DNA from: an uncultured bacterium
Lineage (GTDB): Bacteria > Verrucomicrobiota > Verrucomicrobiia > Verrucomicrobiales > DEV007
Length of the DNA stretch: 64,000 bases
NCBI GenBank assembly: GCA_963977015.1
Contig: CAXBMO010000001.1
Coordinates: forward strand, 128,001 to 192,000
Direction: 5' to 3'
The stretch's first letter is position 1; the number at the start of each line of letters is the position of its first letter. The notes under the pieces were generated by a model. The model saw only the letters and a program-made list of their open reading frames with translations, ran no database searches and was not told the origin of the DNA. This document shows positions 1 to 10,920 of the stretch, piece by piece. The translations under genes and the position numbers were made by a program.

Positions 1-588
1 GCGGTCTTTTGCATCAGCAACGGCTGGGGCGGGATGGGCCGGAGTTTGTCGGCTGAAGATCAGGCGAAGCTGGATGAAGCACGCGCAAAACACCGCGAAG
101 AAGTCGCGAAATTGGACATTGAAGTGACCTACAATCCTGCGGAGGTGGCAGCGTGGAAAAAGGCGCAGGACAAAGCCCGTGATTGGCTGAACAAGGAAAA
201 TGAAGCCCGTCGGCAAAAAGGTCTGGCTCCCAAAGTAGTTCTGAATTTCGGCGAACTCGTCACTCAAATTACCCCCGGGGCGAGGCCTCCCCGGGGCGTG
301 CGAAGTCAGGAACCGCCGCCGGGGCCAAGTTTGGCGGATTTGGGGATCGAGCGAATGCCTGGCTACACTCCCGAGGATGTTCAGAGCCACATTGAGAATG
401 TGGTGACCGCAAACTATGGGAAGAACAAGCCGGACCGGCCCAAGATTCACATGGTGTTATTTCTTGGGGAACGAGAGGACATCGGCGAATACGAAGAACA
501 TTTTGTTCAGCTAACCCGGCGAAATCAGGGGCAACTGAAAATTCTTCGCGGCCTTGCCGCTCTCGATAACGTGACGGGCTTTAAGTAG
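1..588 (+). CDS. C-terminal part of a hypothetical protein (possibly vWA-like); 5' end outside the window
   Basis: Frame is open from base 1 (AVFCISNGWGG...). The segments VFCISNG and KIHMVLFLG loosely resemble vWA beta-strands; weak. Confidence 0.5.
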   Translation, partial: AVFCISNGWGGMGRSLSAEDQAKLDEARAKHREEVAKLDIEVTYNPAEVAAWKKAQDKARDWLNKENEARRQKGLAPKVVLNFGELVTQITPGARPPRGVRSQEPPPGPSLADLGIERMPGYTPEDVQSHIENVVTANYGKNKPDRPKIHMVLFLGEREDIGEYEEHFVQLTRRNQGQLKILRGLAALDNVTGFK

Positions 589-2944
589 AAGCCTTGGGTT
601 TGCCGAAATCGAACCGGTCGCGAACCTTGACCCATCCGGCGAGTCCCAGTATCACGAGTTCGATCGCCCAGAAGGTCACCAGGGCATTCACAATTCCCTG
701 GGCAAAGCCGTAACTGTGCAGGCCAACGCCCAGTGCATTGGTCCCAAACCAGGAAAAGGTAATGATCATTCCAAGGATGATGGAGCAGACATTGATTCCC
801 AAATCACGGATGTAGCCGCCAAGGCGGGCGTGGAGAATCACCAGGGTCCATAGCACAATCATCAAGGCGCCATTCTCCTTCGGGTCCCAACCCCAGAATC
901 GTCCCCAGCTGTAGTTTGCCCAAATGCCCCCGAGGACGGTTCCGACCAGCGAGAAGAAGAGGGAGAAGCAGGCGATGCCGTAAACGATGCGGGTTAGCGA
1001 CCGATACTGATCGCGATTGCCCGTATCCACGTTGAAGGCTTGGCCGATGATGTAGAAATGCGCAGCCAACGCCGCGAGAAGTCCACTGCAGTAGCCCACG
1101 TTGATGGTTGTCACGTGAATCCAGAGCCAGAAGTTGGTGTCCAGCACGGCTTCGAGCGGAGACATCGTCTCTGAGGTGTTGATCTCGCGAAATGGTCCGA
1201 GCAACAAGACGCAAACCATGGCCAACATGACACCCGCAGAGATCGCGATGCGTTTCCGAGTGATGTTTTCAATGGCCAGGCCGAGGAAAAAGCCGAGCCC
1301 TCCGATGAAAAGAAACGTGTCGAACAGGTTGGTGATGGGCGGACGATTCTGAATCAACATCCGCAAAATAATCATCAAAATCATCAATCCGGCTCCAATT
1401 GCTCCGAGAACCTCCGTGGTCCGGAGCGAAATCTTTCCGAATTGGGAATAGGGAGAAATCCAGATGAATCCCATTACGGTAAAGGAGAGGACGAGGAAGA
1501 CCTTGGCCATCATCTCATAGCCAGCTTCCCGGTAGGAGATCTCCATCCCCACGGACCGCATTTCGCCGCGTGAATCGGCCTCTTTCTCGATGAATTCGCG
1601 GAAATTGGCGATTTCGCTTTCGAATTCGGACGCATCGTTTGCCTTGGAGGCGGCAACCAGGGTCTCCAGCCGCTTGATGCGTTCGATCGCCCAGGGGCGA
1701 AATTCCTTGTTCTCAACGGCGAGTTTGACGAGGTCACCAGGGGACTTCCATTCGGCGACGTTGGAATCCTGGGTCACATGCATCAACTCATTGAACTGCT
1801 TAACCGTTGCGCTGAGCGAGGCGGTATCCTCGATCCCAACTTTGCGAAGGTAACGGGGCAATTTCGCATCGGGTTTGCGCATGGATTCACCGAGACTCAA
1901 TTCCAGCTTGTGAATCGTCTTGGCGAGGTCGTTGCGATGGATAAAGAGATGCTTGACCTGATCGGCCCACTCGGAATCCTTCGCGAGGACGTCAACCTTC
2001 GCAAGGGTGCCGAAAAGTTCGTAATTCTCTCGAAAATCATCAGGATCGGCAAAGTAGGTGGTGATCACATTGTCGTCGGCAAACGTGGGCGGAAAAATCG
2101 CCATTCCTCGGGAAAAAACTCCGTAGAGAAACGCCAGCCTCATCAGAGTGCGAACTTGGTTGTCTTCCTCAGTTCCCGGGGCTCGGGACGGCATCGCCAT
2201 CTGTTGGAGGTTCTCCCAGCTCATTTCCGGAATCACCTCGAGCATTTCGCTGGTCGTGGTCTTTCTTGCCAGATCGATCGTCTCTTGATCGAGGAGCGTT
2301 GCATTGAGGATGGCGCCCGGGTTGGCCGGGAGCATGACGCTGGCCAGGAACTCGAAGGTGTTGACCCGATTGGCGAGCAGCACGACCTGGCTTTCCACGC
2401 TTTCCAGCGATCCCGATTCGTTTGCTTGAAGTTGCTGCTGCTTCTCGTTGAATTCGCGAGCCAACTTGAACAGCTTTTCCCGATTTCCCTGATTCGGGAA
2501 CAGTTCTTCATAGCTGTAGTAGTCCCGCTTCATCTTTTCCGCGGCTCCAATCATCACCACGGCATCCGAGTCATCGACGACGAAGTTGGGCAACTCCTTG
2601 GCCACGCTGGGGCGAAAAAGCGTGTCGAGAATCCACTGGCTGTGGGTGACTTTCTCCTTTTCGCCATCGACCGTGAACTTCACATTGGTCTTGGAGCGCA
2701 GGCCCAGCAGCTCAAAATAAGCGAGCGAAGTCATTGGCTTCACCCGACCTTCGTGTTGCACCGGGATTTTCAGGAACTCCTTTGCGGCACCCTTGCTCCA
2801 CGCGGAGTAGGAATCGAGATCGTTCACCGGCTTGTCCGGCATGAGGCCGCGAATGCCGTTGAGGGCAATGATTCCCAGAAAGATTCCCCCAACGATGAAA
2901 AGTCGCTTTTTGCGGGTTTCGTCCAGATTTAGATTCAACTTCAT
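581..2944 (-). CDS. ccsA: Cytochrome c biogenesis protein CcsA/ResC (System II) with a large N-terminal soluble domain
   Basis: C-terminal multi-TM domain with the WWD haem-handling motif WANYSWGRFWGWDPKEN and conserved His residues (WLWIHV, GLHSY). Confidence 0.9.
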   Translation of the reverse strand: MKLNLNLDETRKKRLFIVGGIFLGIIALNGIRGLMPDKPVNDLDSYSAWSKGAAKEFLKIPVQHEGRVKPMTSLAYFELLGLRSKTNVKFTVDGEKEKVTHSQWILDTLFRPSVAKELPNFVVDDSDAVVMIGAAEKMKRDYYSYEELFPNQGNREKLFKLAREFNEKQQQLQANESGSLESVESQVVLLANRVNTFEFLASVMLPANPGAILNATLLDQETIDLARKTTTSEMLEVIPEMSWENLQQMAMPSRAPGTEEDNQVRTLMRLAFLYGVFSRGMAIFPPTFADDNVITTYFADPDDFRENYELFGTLAKVDVLAKDSEWADQVKHLFIHRNDLAKTIHKLELSLGESMRKPDAKLPRYLRKVGIEDTASLSATVKQFNELMHVTQDSNVAEWKSPGDLVKLAVENKEFRPWAIERIKRLETLVAASKANDASEFESEIANFREFIEKEADSRGEMRSVGMEISYREAGYEMMAKVFLVLSFTVMGFIWISPYSQFGKISLRTTEVLGAIGAGLMILMIILRMLIQNRPPITNLFDTFLFIGGLGFFLGLAIENITRKRIAISAGVMLAMVCVLLLGPFREINTSETMSPLEAVLDTNFWLWIHVTTINVGYCSGLLAALAAHFYIIGQAFNVDTGNRDQYRSLTRIVYGIACFSLFFSLVGTVLGGIWANYSWGRFWGWDPKENGALMIVLWTLVILHARLGGYIRDLGINVCSIILGMIITFSWFGTNALGVGLHSYGFAQGIVNALVTFWAIELVILGLAGWVKVRDRFDFGKPKAST

Positions 2945-2947
2945 GGA

Positions 2948-4195
2948 TCAGGCTTTTGAGGTTTTGGACCGGCTGGAACGACTTAGGTGGTCGTTGAGTT
3001 TGATGACGAAATGGACCGCCAAACCAATTCCGATCACCCAGAGCGAGTAGAGTGGCCAGTGGTCGGCCGGGTTGTTCCAGACGGTAAATTGAGTGTAGTG
3101 CTCCCCTTCGAGATTTGTGCCGAAGGAGGACTGGAAAAACGTGTAGCCCTGATAGCGCAGCGGGTGGTTCATCCAGATTTTGACGCGCTCTTCGATCTTG
3201 CTGCCGTCGGAAAGCGTCTCAATCTTGGTCACATCGCTCTGGTAGTTGCTCGCCTTGCCGGTTCCCGGATGGAAGTCGACATGAAACTCGTCCACCTTGA
3301 TGTCGAATGGGACGACGAACTGCCTCTGCTGAAACTGAATGTTATAGGTGTTTCCGGCGACCTCGATGGTTAAGGGACGTGGCGGAATGAATTCACGATT
3401 GCGGTTCATTCCGGTGTGGCCACCGATGATCGCCTCGATTGGGTCTCCGGATTCGGGCACTATTTTGGCGTAAAATCCCGGGATGTTTTTCTCGTTCGTC
3501 TTCGCTCGCTGCATGGGGTAGAGAACATGGCCGTCAACCTCTCGGAAACCCTTTCCCTGCGCGACGGGCAGGGTCGAGGGGAGGGGATTTGCGTTGGGCT
3601 CGTAGTGTTCGACCACGAAGTCAAAAGGGATCTCCTCACTCTTGAAGGTTCGTGGCTTCCCTTTGCCTTTGCGAACGTCCCGAAATGCCTCATAAGGAAT
3701 CACGAGGGCTTCGCTCGCCTTGCCTTCCTTGTCCAACGGGATGATTTCCACCTGCCAGTCATGGTGAGCGCTGACCCGGTTCGATTGCTCGCCAGGATAC
3801 ATCGCCATGTAGCCTTCCCAAGCGAAATGGCGCGTCACGAACGACGCCAGAATCATGTAGAGGATGCCAATGTGAGCGAGAAAAAGGCCGACGGTCTTCC
3901 AATTCCTGCGGAGTTTGACGAGGGTGCCCGCAAGGACGTTGAAGAAGAGAATCGTCATCAAGAGATAGCCACCGGGAAGGATGATGGGCATCCCGAAAAC
4001 CTTGTCTGAGACAAAAAACGACTCGAAGTAAACCTTTTGGGAGAGATAAAGGCCTTCCTCTTTCTGGTTCAGCGTTCCGAACAGCGTCAAAATGGTCATG
4101 AGCGCCAAAACGATGGCCGCAAGCCCAAACGAGGTGATGAAGCGCAGCGCAAGCTGCGGCGCGTTTTGCCAAGTGTATTCTAACTTTTTTGCCAT
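2948..4195 (-). CDS. Cytochrome c biogenesis protein ResB/CcsB family
   Basis: Three N-terminal TMs with LAHIG His, a periplasmic domain ending WMNHPLRYQGYTFFQSSF and a final TM; adjacent to ccsA. Start set to ATG 4195 (MAKKLEY). Confidence 0.85.
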   Translation of the reverse strand: MAKKLEYTWQNAPQLALRFITSFGLAAIVLALMTILTLFGTLNQKEEGLYLSQKVYFESFFVSDKVFGMPIILPGGYLLMTILFFNVLAGTLVKLRRNWKTVGLFLAHIGILYMILASFVTRHFAWEGYMAMYPGEQSNRVSAHHDWQVEIIPLDKEGKASEALVIPYEAFRDVRKGKGKPRTFKSEEIPFDFVVEHYEPNANPLPSTLPVAQGKGFREVDGHVLYPMQRAKTNEKNIPGFYAKIVPESGDPIEAIIGGHTGMNRNREFIPPRPLTIEVAGNTYNIQFQQRQFVVPFDIKVDEFHVDFHPGTGKASNYQSDVTKIETLSDGSKIEERVKIWMNHPLRYQGYTFFQSSFGTNLEGEHYTQFTVWNNPADHWPLYSLWVIGIGLAVHFVIKLNDHLSRSSRSKTSKA

Positions 4196-4199
4196 GAAA

Positions 4200-4853
4200 T
4201 CAGCGTTGAAATTGGAGCCCGAGGGAGTTGGTGAACTCGAGGAACTTTTCCTCGTTTGCCTCAACTTCTGATTTTGGACCGGTCATCTTCACGAAGATCG
4301 AGCGGCCAAACTCCGGAACGGACAGGATCAGACCCATCATCCGATAATTGGGAAGTGCCTCGGTCGCGCCAAATCCCTTGTAGTCGCCGTCAATGGTGAC
4401 GGTTTGGGCGGGAAAACCGAAGAGAGTGCCCATTTTCAATTTGGAAAGTTGATCTTCGCTAAGCGGTTCCTGGCCCATTTGAGTTCGCCAGCGGTTCACG
4501 TTGTCTGCCAAGGTTCCCCCGGCTCGCAAAACGGAAACTTCACCGGCGTCATTTTCACCAAAGCGCAAATCCACTTCGCGCATGCCGGTTGCGGCGAGTT
4601 CTTTCCACCCTTCCGGCACCTGATAAACGATGTCGGGGCCCGTCTGCCGCTGCTGAGGTTGCGTTTGGGTCGCCCGAAGCATGGCATCGGTCCCAAGGCG
4701 GACGGAAGTCTCCAGATGGGTTTGGGGCTCGCGTTCGTCTTCGGAGAGCGGACGTCGATCCGTGATTTCGTGAACCGGGGAGGGACCGCAACTGCTGAAG
4801 AGCAACGCAGAGAGAAGAAGTGTCCCGGGGAGGGTAAAGAGTTTGGAATTCAT
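4200..4853 (-). CDS. Hypothetical lipoprotein in the ccs operon
   Basis: Signal peptide with lipobox-like LFSSC; NVNRWRTQMG motif; ends 4 nt before the resB start. Confidence 0.7.
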   Translation of the reverse strand: MNSKLFTLPGTLLLSALLFSSCGPSPVHEITDRRPLSEDEREPQTHLETSVRLGTDAMLRATQTQPQQRQTGPDIVYQVPEGWKELAATGMREVDLRFGENDAGEVSVLRAGGTLADNVNRWRTQMGQEPLSEDQLSKLKMGTLFGFPAQTVTIDGDYKGFGATEALPNYRMMGLILSVPEFGRSIFVKMTGPKSEVEANEEKFLEFTNSLGLQFQR

Positions 4854-5026
4854 GAGGTCAGCCCGGAAATGCCGGATGCTGCAGTCGAAATGGTACGTTT
4901 GATGGGAGGTGTTGGTTGCGCGAATCAGGCACGCTCAAGAGGGGAAACGACCCAGATTGAGTCGAAAAATCTTGTTAACAGCAACCGTTCTGAGTTGGTT
5001 CCTTTTTCGCGAAATTCGTTCAATTC

Positions 5027-6067
5027 TCAGGAACGAACCGTTCCTCCTGGGGATGGAGAATTCGTCGTTGCGGTCTTTTCTCCCTCATCAGCCTCCGTTT
5101 TGGACACCAATTCCGACAAAATGCGCTCGATGTTTGCGTCCTTTTTCGTCTTGCCGACTTTCATTTCCTGAGTGGCGCCTTCGTTGATCCACCAGCCAAG
5201 CAACGCGACTTCGTCCGGAGTCATGTGCTCGCGGTCGCCCGGTGGCATGAAATCGTCGTCATCGGGATCAAGCGTAACGCGAAAATACAACTCACTGGCT
5301 TCGGCATCGCCGGGGATGAACTCCTGATCGGTGATGTCGCCGCCCTTGGCCAGCCACTCGAACGAGTCCATCCTCAGATCTCCCTTCACCTTGTTTTCAT
5401 CGTGGCACTCCGTGCACTTGGCGTCAAAGATCGGCTGGATGATGTCATCGTAAATGTACCAGTTGTCGACGCTGATTCCCTGGTCCGCCGCCGTCAATTC
5501 CTCTTCAGGATGACCAAGATAGGGTTTGAGTGCCTCTGGAGCGTATTCGGTGAGGTAGGTGTCCGTGTGCACCATGTTTCCTCCGTAGTGGCTCGAAATA
5601 CTGATGAGGACGACGTTGCCGGCCAAAACCAACAAGTAGATGGGAACCACCCGGTTGCTCGCTTTGAGAATGAGCGACAGCACACCGAGCACAACGACAC
5701 CAAACCCCGTCCACATGTGCCATTTCATGTTGTTTCCCGAGGTCTGTTCTCCCATCATCAGCAAATACCCGGCAATGGTTGCCGCCGCAGCCCCGAGGGT
5801 TCCAAACCAGAGCAGGGGCATCGTATTGTCCGCCCAACCTTTGAAGGGCTTGATTCGGCCGAGGATTTCGAGAAAAAACACCACACACAGAAGGCCAATG
5901 GGAACGTGAACGATCAGAATGTGGAAGCGGCCCAGAAAGACGGCCTCGCGCCATTCTTCTTCGCGCTCACCGCCCATTCCGATCCAAAGGACCAGGAGGC
6001 ACAACAGCCAGCCGATCAGTAGGAGAGCGGCGATTCGGATTCGATTATCTTTGGGATTTTGGCTCAT
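5027..6067 (-). CDS. Membrane protein (DUF2231-like TMs) with a planctomycete-type cytochrome c domain
   Basis: GRFHILIVHVPIG TM segment, about 5 TMs, then CTECH (CxxCH) and MPP...WINEGA, typical of the Planctomycete cytochrome C domain. Confidence 0.8.
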   Translation of the reverse strand: MSQNPKDNRIRIAALLLIGWLLCLLVLWIGMGGEREEEWREAVFLGRFHILIVHVPIGLLCVVFFLEILGRIKPFKGWADNTMPLLWFGTLGAAAATIAGYLLMMGEQTSGNNMKWHMWTGFGVVVLGVLSLILKASNRVVPIYLLVLAGNVVLISISSHYGGNMVHTDTYLTEYAPEALKPYLGHPEEELTAADQGISVDNWYIYDDIIQPIFDAKCTECHDENKVKGDLRMDSFEWLAKGGDITDQEFIPGDAEASELYFRVTLDPDDDDFMPPGDREHMTPDEVALLGWWINEGATQEMKVGKTKKDANIERILSELVSKTEADEGEKTATTNSPSPGGTVRS

Positions 6068-6244
6068 ACGTTGAAGCAGATGAAATCAGTCGGTAGCGGC
6101 AACAAGTCTTCAGGAACATCCACTTGATGCGGACCGACATGGTTTCTTAGCCGTGGAAAGTCAGGTGCTCAACCAAGATTTCCGGAGCGGAAACTGCCGT
6201 TTGGGGCGCCATATTCCCGAAAAAGTGGGTAAAAAGTTAGGAAA

Positions 6245-6260
6245 TGGCACAATTTTTGGT
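6245..6260 (+). promoter_or_regulatory. Possible sigma54 (-24/-12) promoter
   Basis: TGGCAC-AATTT-TTGGT matches TGGCAC-N5-TTGC except at the -12 C; lies in an AT-rich gap upstream of 6435. Confidence 0.3.
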
Positions 6261-6434
6261 CTCCGTAACGTCTTAGTAGGTGACTGCGATGCTAGACGAC
6301 CGATTGCAAACTTCTTTGCCTCTCAAATTATCTTGACACATTGAAGATATTTTATCCACTAACCTGTGAAGAAAATGTGAATAGAGTTGTCTAACAATCC
6401 ATCAATACCTCCCTAACACAACTGCAAGACAATC

Positions 6435-6758
6435 ATGATCTCTTTACCATCAGAGCTGGACTTAACCGCCAAGGAGGCGGCTCAAGAAGCCAAAGAGGCT
6501 CGCGAGCGCGTCGATGAACGCGGTGAAATCCTGTTAGGTTACTTAAACCAAATCCGGGCGGCGAATGAACTGGGCGAAAACAGCCTGGTCACCACCTGCA
6601 TGACCCACGAGCTTGAGTGGCTCTCCACGGAATTGCGCGAACGCGGTTTTCAAATCGAAACCGAGCTTCACCTGATGCACGGTCAGATTTCGATCCGGTG
6701 GCCTGAAGAGCTTGGTCAGAGCGGCAATTCGACCGTCGATAAGACGGTTGCGGCCTGA
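6435..6758 (+). CDS. Hypothetical protein (107 aa)
   Basis: ATG ORF filling the gap between divergent and convergent genes; no recognised motif. Confidence 0.6.
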   Translation: MISLPSELDLTAKEAAQEAKEARERVDERGEILLGYLNQIRAANELGENSLVTTCMTHELEWLSTELRERGFQIETELHLMHGQISIRWPEELGQSGNSTVDKTVAA

Positions 6759-6792
6759 GCGACTAAACTGAACTCCGCATTCGGCGATCACC

Positions 6793-7572
6793 TCAACCGT
6801 CGCTGTTGCGTTTTGAAAAAGCGTTGGAATTCGGTCCGCGACCTGAATTGCGACGGTAGGCCAGTGGCGTTACGCCCATGTGTTTTCGGAAGTGTTGGGT
6901 AAAGGTGCTTTGATCGTAAAAACCCAGCTCCACCGCGATTTCGCTGATTTGGGCGTCTGACGTTCGGAGTTCCTCGCAGGCTGCCTGAATCCGGGTTTTC
7001 ACGAGGAAAAGCCGCGGATTCATCCCGAAGAGTTCCTGAAATCGGCGATTAAACTGTCGGACGGACATCGCCGCTAACCTCGCCAAATCCGGGATGGCGA
7101 CGGACTCGCGAAAATGGCTTCGAAGATACTCGACCGCCCGATCGAGTTGCGCGTTTTCGGTAATGGCCGCACGGCGCCTCGCATAACTCTGCACCGTCCC
7201 CATGACCCCGATCACCTCGCCGGATTTTCCGCGAATCGGGAGTTTCGAGGTGAAATACCAGTCGGGCAAACCCTGCCGGTTGAAGAAGAGTTCAACGATG
7301 TTGAGGCGTGGTTCTCCCGTTTTGAGCACCGACTCGTCATCGCGGCGGAAATTCTCGGCTAATCGCGCGGGAAACAGCTCAAAGTCTGTCTTGCCGATGA
7401 GGTCGGCTTCGCTCTTGCAGCCCAATCGTTCCCAAAACGCGCGATTCGCGGCAACCAACTGGAAATCGCGATTCTTCGCAAAGAACGAGATTCCCGGCAG
7501 GAAATCAAACACCGTGCCGAAATGGGATTCGGGCGCAATCTGATCGAAGAAGCTGGATTGGACATCAATCAA
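6793..7572 (-). CDS. AraC-family transcriptional regulator with an N-terminal PAS domain
   Basis: PAS motif (FFAKNRDFQLVAANRAF...LIGKTDFELFP) and AraC HTH signature (ISEIAVELGFYDQSTFTQHFRKHMGVTPLAYR); divergent from 7657. Confidence 0.9.
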   Translation of the reverse strand: MIDVQSSFFDQIAPESHFGTVFDFLPGISFFAKNRDFQLVAANRAFWERLGCKSEADLIGKTDFELFPARLAENFRRDDESVLKTGEPRLNIVELFFNRQGLPDWYFTSKLPIRGKSGEVIGVMGTVQSYARRRAAITENAQLDRAVEYLRSHFRESVAIPDLARLAAMSVRQFNRRFQELFGMNPRLFLVKTRIQAACEELRTSDAQISEIAVELGFYDQSTFTQHFRKHMGVTPLAYRRNSGRGPNSNAFSKRNSDG

Positions 7573-7656
7573 GGCAGGGCCAATTCATCATAAAATGAGG
7601 CCGGATCTAGCAAGAACTGTGGAGAATGCATCCTATGCTCCTTCAAAACCCTTCTT

Positions 7657-10600
7657 ATGCCCTTCTCATTCCTCAAATTTCTCGGTCCCTTGCTCTTCGT
7701 AATCCTCGCTGTGGAGGTGTCCGCGAGGGATTCCGGCCCCATTCGCGTGCTTTTTTTGGGGCATGAGGCTGAGAACCATCGCTCGGATCTCTACTATCCC
7801 ATGTTGGCAAAAGCGTTGGGGCGCGACGGGATTTACTTCGACTATGTGACCACGCCGGAGGCCGCCTTTGCTGATTTGGATCACCTGGCGCGTTATGATG
7901 CCGTGCTGTTGTACGCAAATCACCAAACGATTGAGCGGCCGCATTGGGAGAACTTGAAAACGTTTGTCGAGAGGGGCGGGGGCTTTGTCCCGGTGCATTG
8001 CGCGAGTTGGTGTTTCCAGAACATTCTGGAGTTTGATCAGTTGGTGGGAGGACGTTTCAAATCTCATCAGTCAGGTGTCTTTGCGCCGAAAACCGTGTTG
8101 CGCGATCACCCGGCAATGGCGGGAGTTCCGGAATTTGAGGCTTGGGATGAGACGTATTTTCACATCAATCACAACACCGTGGATCGAACGGTGCTTCAGG
8201 TTCGGGAGGCCATGTCCGGTGATCCCCACACCGTGCCTGAGCCTTGGACATGGGTGCGAACACAAGGGGAGGGGCGCGTTTTTTACACGGCCAGTGGTCA
8301 TGACGAACGCGTGTGGTCGAAACCGGAATTTCATGCGCTGTTGAAGTCGGGAATTCTGTGGGCGGTTGGAGATTCAAGAGCCGAAACCTACAAAAACTTC
8401 CTCGCGAACCGGACGCCGCTCACCTACGAGAAGCGAGGCAACATTCCGAACTACGAGAAACGTCCCAAGCCGCTCGATTACCAGCTACCACTCTCTCCGA
8501 AAGACAGTCTGGATTACACTCAAGTTCCGGTTGGCTGGAAATTGGAGTTGTTCGCTTCCGAACCAGAAATCATCAATCCGATCGCCATGGCTTGGGACGA
8601 ACGAGGCCGACTGTGGGTGGCGGAAACGACCGATTATCCGAACGAAGTTCGCGAAAATGGCGGCAATGATAAAATTAAGATTCTGGAGGACACCAACGGC
8701 GACGGACGTTGCGACAAGGTGACGGTTTTTGCTGAGGGGCTCAACATTCCCACCAGCTTGACCTTCGCCAACGGCGGAATCATCGTGGCGCAGGCTCCCC
8801 ACTTTCTGTTTCTCAAAGACACCGATGGCGATGACAAGGCCGACGTCAACACGGTGCTCTTTTCGGGGTGGGGGACGAAGGATACGCACGCTGGTCCCTC
8901 CAATTTGCGCTATGGTTTCGACAACTGGATTTGGGGCGCCGTTGGCTATTCCAGCTTCAACGGAGAGGTCGGAGGAAAGGCCCAGCGCTTTGGATCCGGC
9001 ATCTACCGCTTCAAACCGGACGGCTCCGAAATCGAATTTGTCGCTCAGTTCAACAACAATACGTGGGGACTGGGCTTCAATGCCAATGGCGATGCATTTG
9101 GATCGACTGCGAATCGCAATCCCAGCTTCTTCTGTGGAATCCCGCAGAGCGTTTACGGGAATGAGAAGCGGATGAGCGCCAAAATGATCGCCGATTCCGC
9201 AGATTTTCACCCGATCACGCCCAATATTCGTCAAGTTGATGCGTTTGGCCTCTACACGGCTGGAGCGGGCCATGCCTTGGCGACTTCGGGAAATTTCCCG
9301 GTTGAGTGGCAAAACCGGAGTGCATTTTTGTGTGGACCGACGGGAAACCTGGTTGGCCGGTTCCAGATTTCGCCGAAGGGGGCCGGGTTTGCTGCGAAAA
9401 ATGAGTTTTCAATCGTCGCGAGCGCTGATGAATGGTTTTCGCCCGTGGCTGCCGAAGTGGGGCCCGATGGAAATCTTTGGATCGCCGATTGGTACAACTT
9501 CATCATTCAGCACAATCCGGCCCCGAACGTGGCGCGCGCTGGCTACGACGCCGAAACGGGAATCGGTAATGCGCACGTCAATCCCAATCGCGACACGCAA
9601 CACGGTCGCATTTACCGGCTGATTCGCGACGGCGCAGCTTCCTCGGCAATCACGTCGCTCGAAAATGCGTCCACGGGAGAACTGATCGTTGCATTGGATG
9701 ACGAAAACCTGCATTGGCGATCGATGGCGCAGCGCTTGCTCGTCGAGGCGAAGGATTCTGATTCAGTGGTGGCTTTGCGTGAGAAGGTTCGGTCCACTGG
9801 CGTGGCCGCGATTCATGCGCTTTGGGCGCTCCAGGGAATGGATGAACTCGATCGTGAAACCCATCAATTCGCGCTGTTATCCAGCAATTCGGGGCTGAAG
9901 CGAAACGCGATCAAAGCATTGGGAACGGATCCGGATTCGTTCCAACTCTTTTTCGATTCCGCGGTGGTTGCCGACAAAGATCCTCAAGTCCGTCTTGTCG
10001 CCTTCGCAAAATTGGCAGCGTTTCCTCCAAGTGACACGAAGACCCGAGCCGCGAATGAGTTGATGAAAGTGGAGGAAAACCGGGAAGATGAATGGCTCAG
10101 CCTTGCTCTCCAAGCTGCGGGGGGCGGTATTTCCATAACGTCCTATGAGTTTGGCCCGAATTTGATCCATAACGCGTCCATCGAAGAGGTTGGGAACGGT
10201 CGATTGCCGCATTGGGAATCCAAAACTTTCAAAGGGCGCGCTACACATACCCTCGACACGGGTGAGGCTCGGACCGGACAAAACTCGCTGCGCATTCATT
10301 CGCCGGAAGGCGCTGACGCCAGCTGGTTTACGTGGGTCGAGTTGAAGCCCAATACGGAATACCGTCTCCGGGCATGGATCAAAACCCAGGGGATTCTTGG
10401 TGCTCAAGGCGCACTTCTCAATGTCCATGAACTCCAGCATAAAGCCAAGACCAACGCTCTCATTCGAAACAACAAATGGACTCAGGTTGAGCGAATCTTC
10501 AATTCCGGCGGAGGCGGGAAGATGAGCGTCAATCTGTTGTTCGGAGGATGGGGGACATCGCGGGGAACAGCTTGGTATGATGATGTGGAGCTTCAAGAGA

Positions 10601-10920
10601 TGATCCCCATTCTCAAAACCGCCGAACAACTCAAAATCGTTGGAGATGTGACCCGAGGTCGGCAGATCTTCCACGAGCATCAGGTTGCTGCCTGCATTCG
10701 CTGTCACGTTGTTGGTGGAGAAGGTGGCCCGATCGGTCCGGCGCTCGATGGAATTGCCAGCCGAAAGAGTGAGGAATACCTTCGCGAGAGCCTCATTGAT
10801 CCCCAATCGGTGATTGCGGAGGGGTTCCAACTCGAGATTTCGCCGATGCCGCCGATGAATGTTCTCCTGAAGGAGCAGGAATTCGAGGACGTGATGGCCT
10901 ATGTGATGTCGCTCAAGTAG
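7657..10920 (+). CDS. PVC-type haem-binding dehydrogenase-like protein (ThuA - propeller - HEAT - CBM-like - cytochrome c)
   Basis: Signal peptide; ThuA-like domain (GEGRVFYTASGH); propeller (PIAMAWDERGRLWVAET, GPDGNLWIADWY); CBM4/9-like domain; C-terminal CIRCH...IGPALDG. Confidence 0.85.
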   Translation: MPFSFLKFLGPLLFVILAVEVSARDSGPIRVLFLGHEAENHRSDLYYPMLAKALGRDGIYFDYVTTPEAAFADLDHLARYDAVLLYANHQTIERPHWENLKTFVERGGGFVPVHCASWCFQNILEFDQLVGGRFKSHQSGVFAPKTVLRDHPAMAGVPEFEAWDETYFHINHNTVDRTVLQVREAMSGDPHTVPEPWTWVRTQGEGRVFYTASGHDERVWSKPEFHALLKSGILWAVGDSRAETYKNFLANRTPLTYEKRGNIPNYEKRPKPLDYQLPLSPKDSLDYTQVPVGWKLELFASEPEIINPIAMAWDERGRLWVAETTDYPNEVRENGGNDKIKILEDTNGDGRCDKVTVFAEGLNIPTSLTFANGGIIVAQAPHFLFLKDTDGDDKADVNTVLFSGWGTKDTHAGPSNLRYGFDNWIWGAVGYSSFNGEVGGKAQRFGSGIYRFKPDGSEIEFVAQFNNNTWGLGFNANGDAFGSTANRNPSFFCGIPQSVYGNEKRMSAKMIADSADFHPITPNIRQVDAFGLYTAGAGHALATSGNFPVEWQNRSAFLCGPTGNLVGRFQISPKGAGFAAKNEFSIVASADEWFSPVAAEVGPDGNLWIADWYNFIIQHNPAPNVARAGYDAETGIGNAHVNPNRDTQHGRIYRLIRDGAASSAITSLENASTGELIVALDDENLHWRSMAQRLLVEAKDSDSVVALREKVRSTGVAAIHALWALQGMDELDRETHQFALLSSNSGLKRNAIKALGTDPDSFQLFFDSAVVADKDPQVRLVAFAKLAAFPPSDTKTRAANELMKVEENREDEWLSLALQAAGGGISITSYEFGPNLIHNASIEEVGNGRLPHWESKTFKGRATHTLDTGEARTGQNSLRIHSPEGADASWFTWVELKPNTEYRLRAWIKTQGILGAQGALLNVHELQHKAKTNALIRNNKWTQVERIFNSGGGGKMSVNLLFGGWGTSRGTAWYDDVELQEMIPILKTAEQLKIVGDVTRGRQIFHEHQVAACIRCHVVGGEGGPIGPALDGIASRKSEEYLRESLIDPQSVIAEGFQLEISPMPPMNVLLKEQEFEDVMAYVMSLK

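Noticed and set aside
1778-2932. Long antisense ORFs (this one, 12038..13387, 53098..54240 and many others)
   Set aside because: Shadow frames opposite well-supported genes, expected from codon bias; no motifs.
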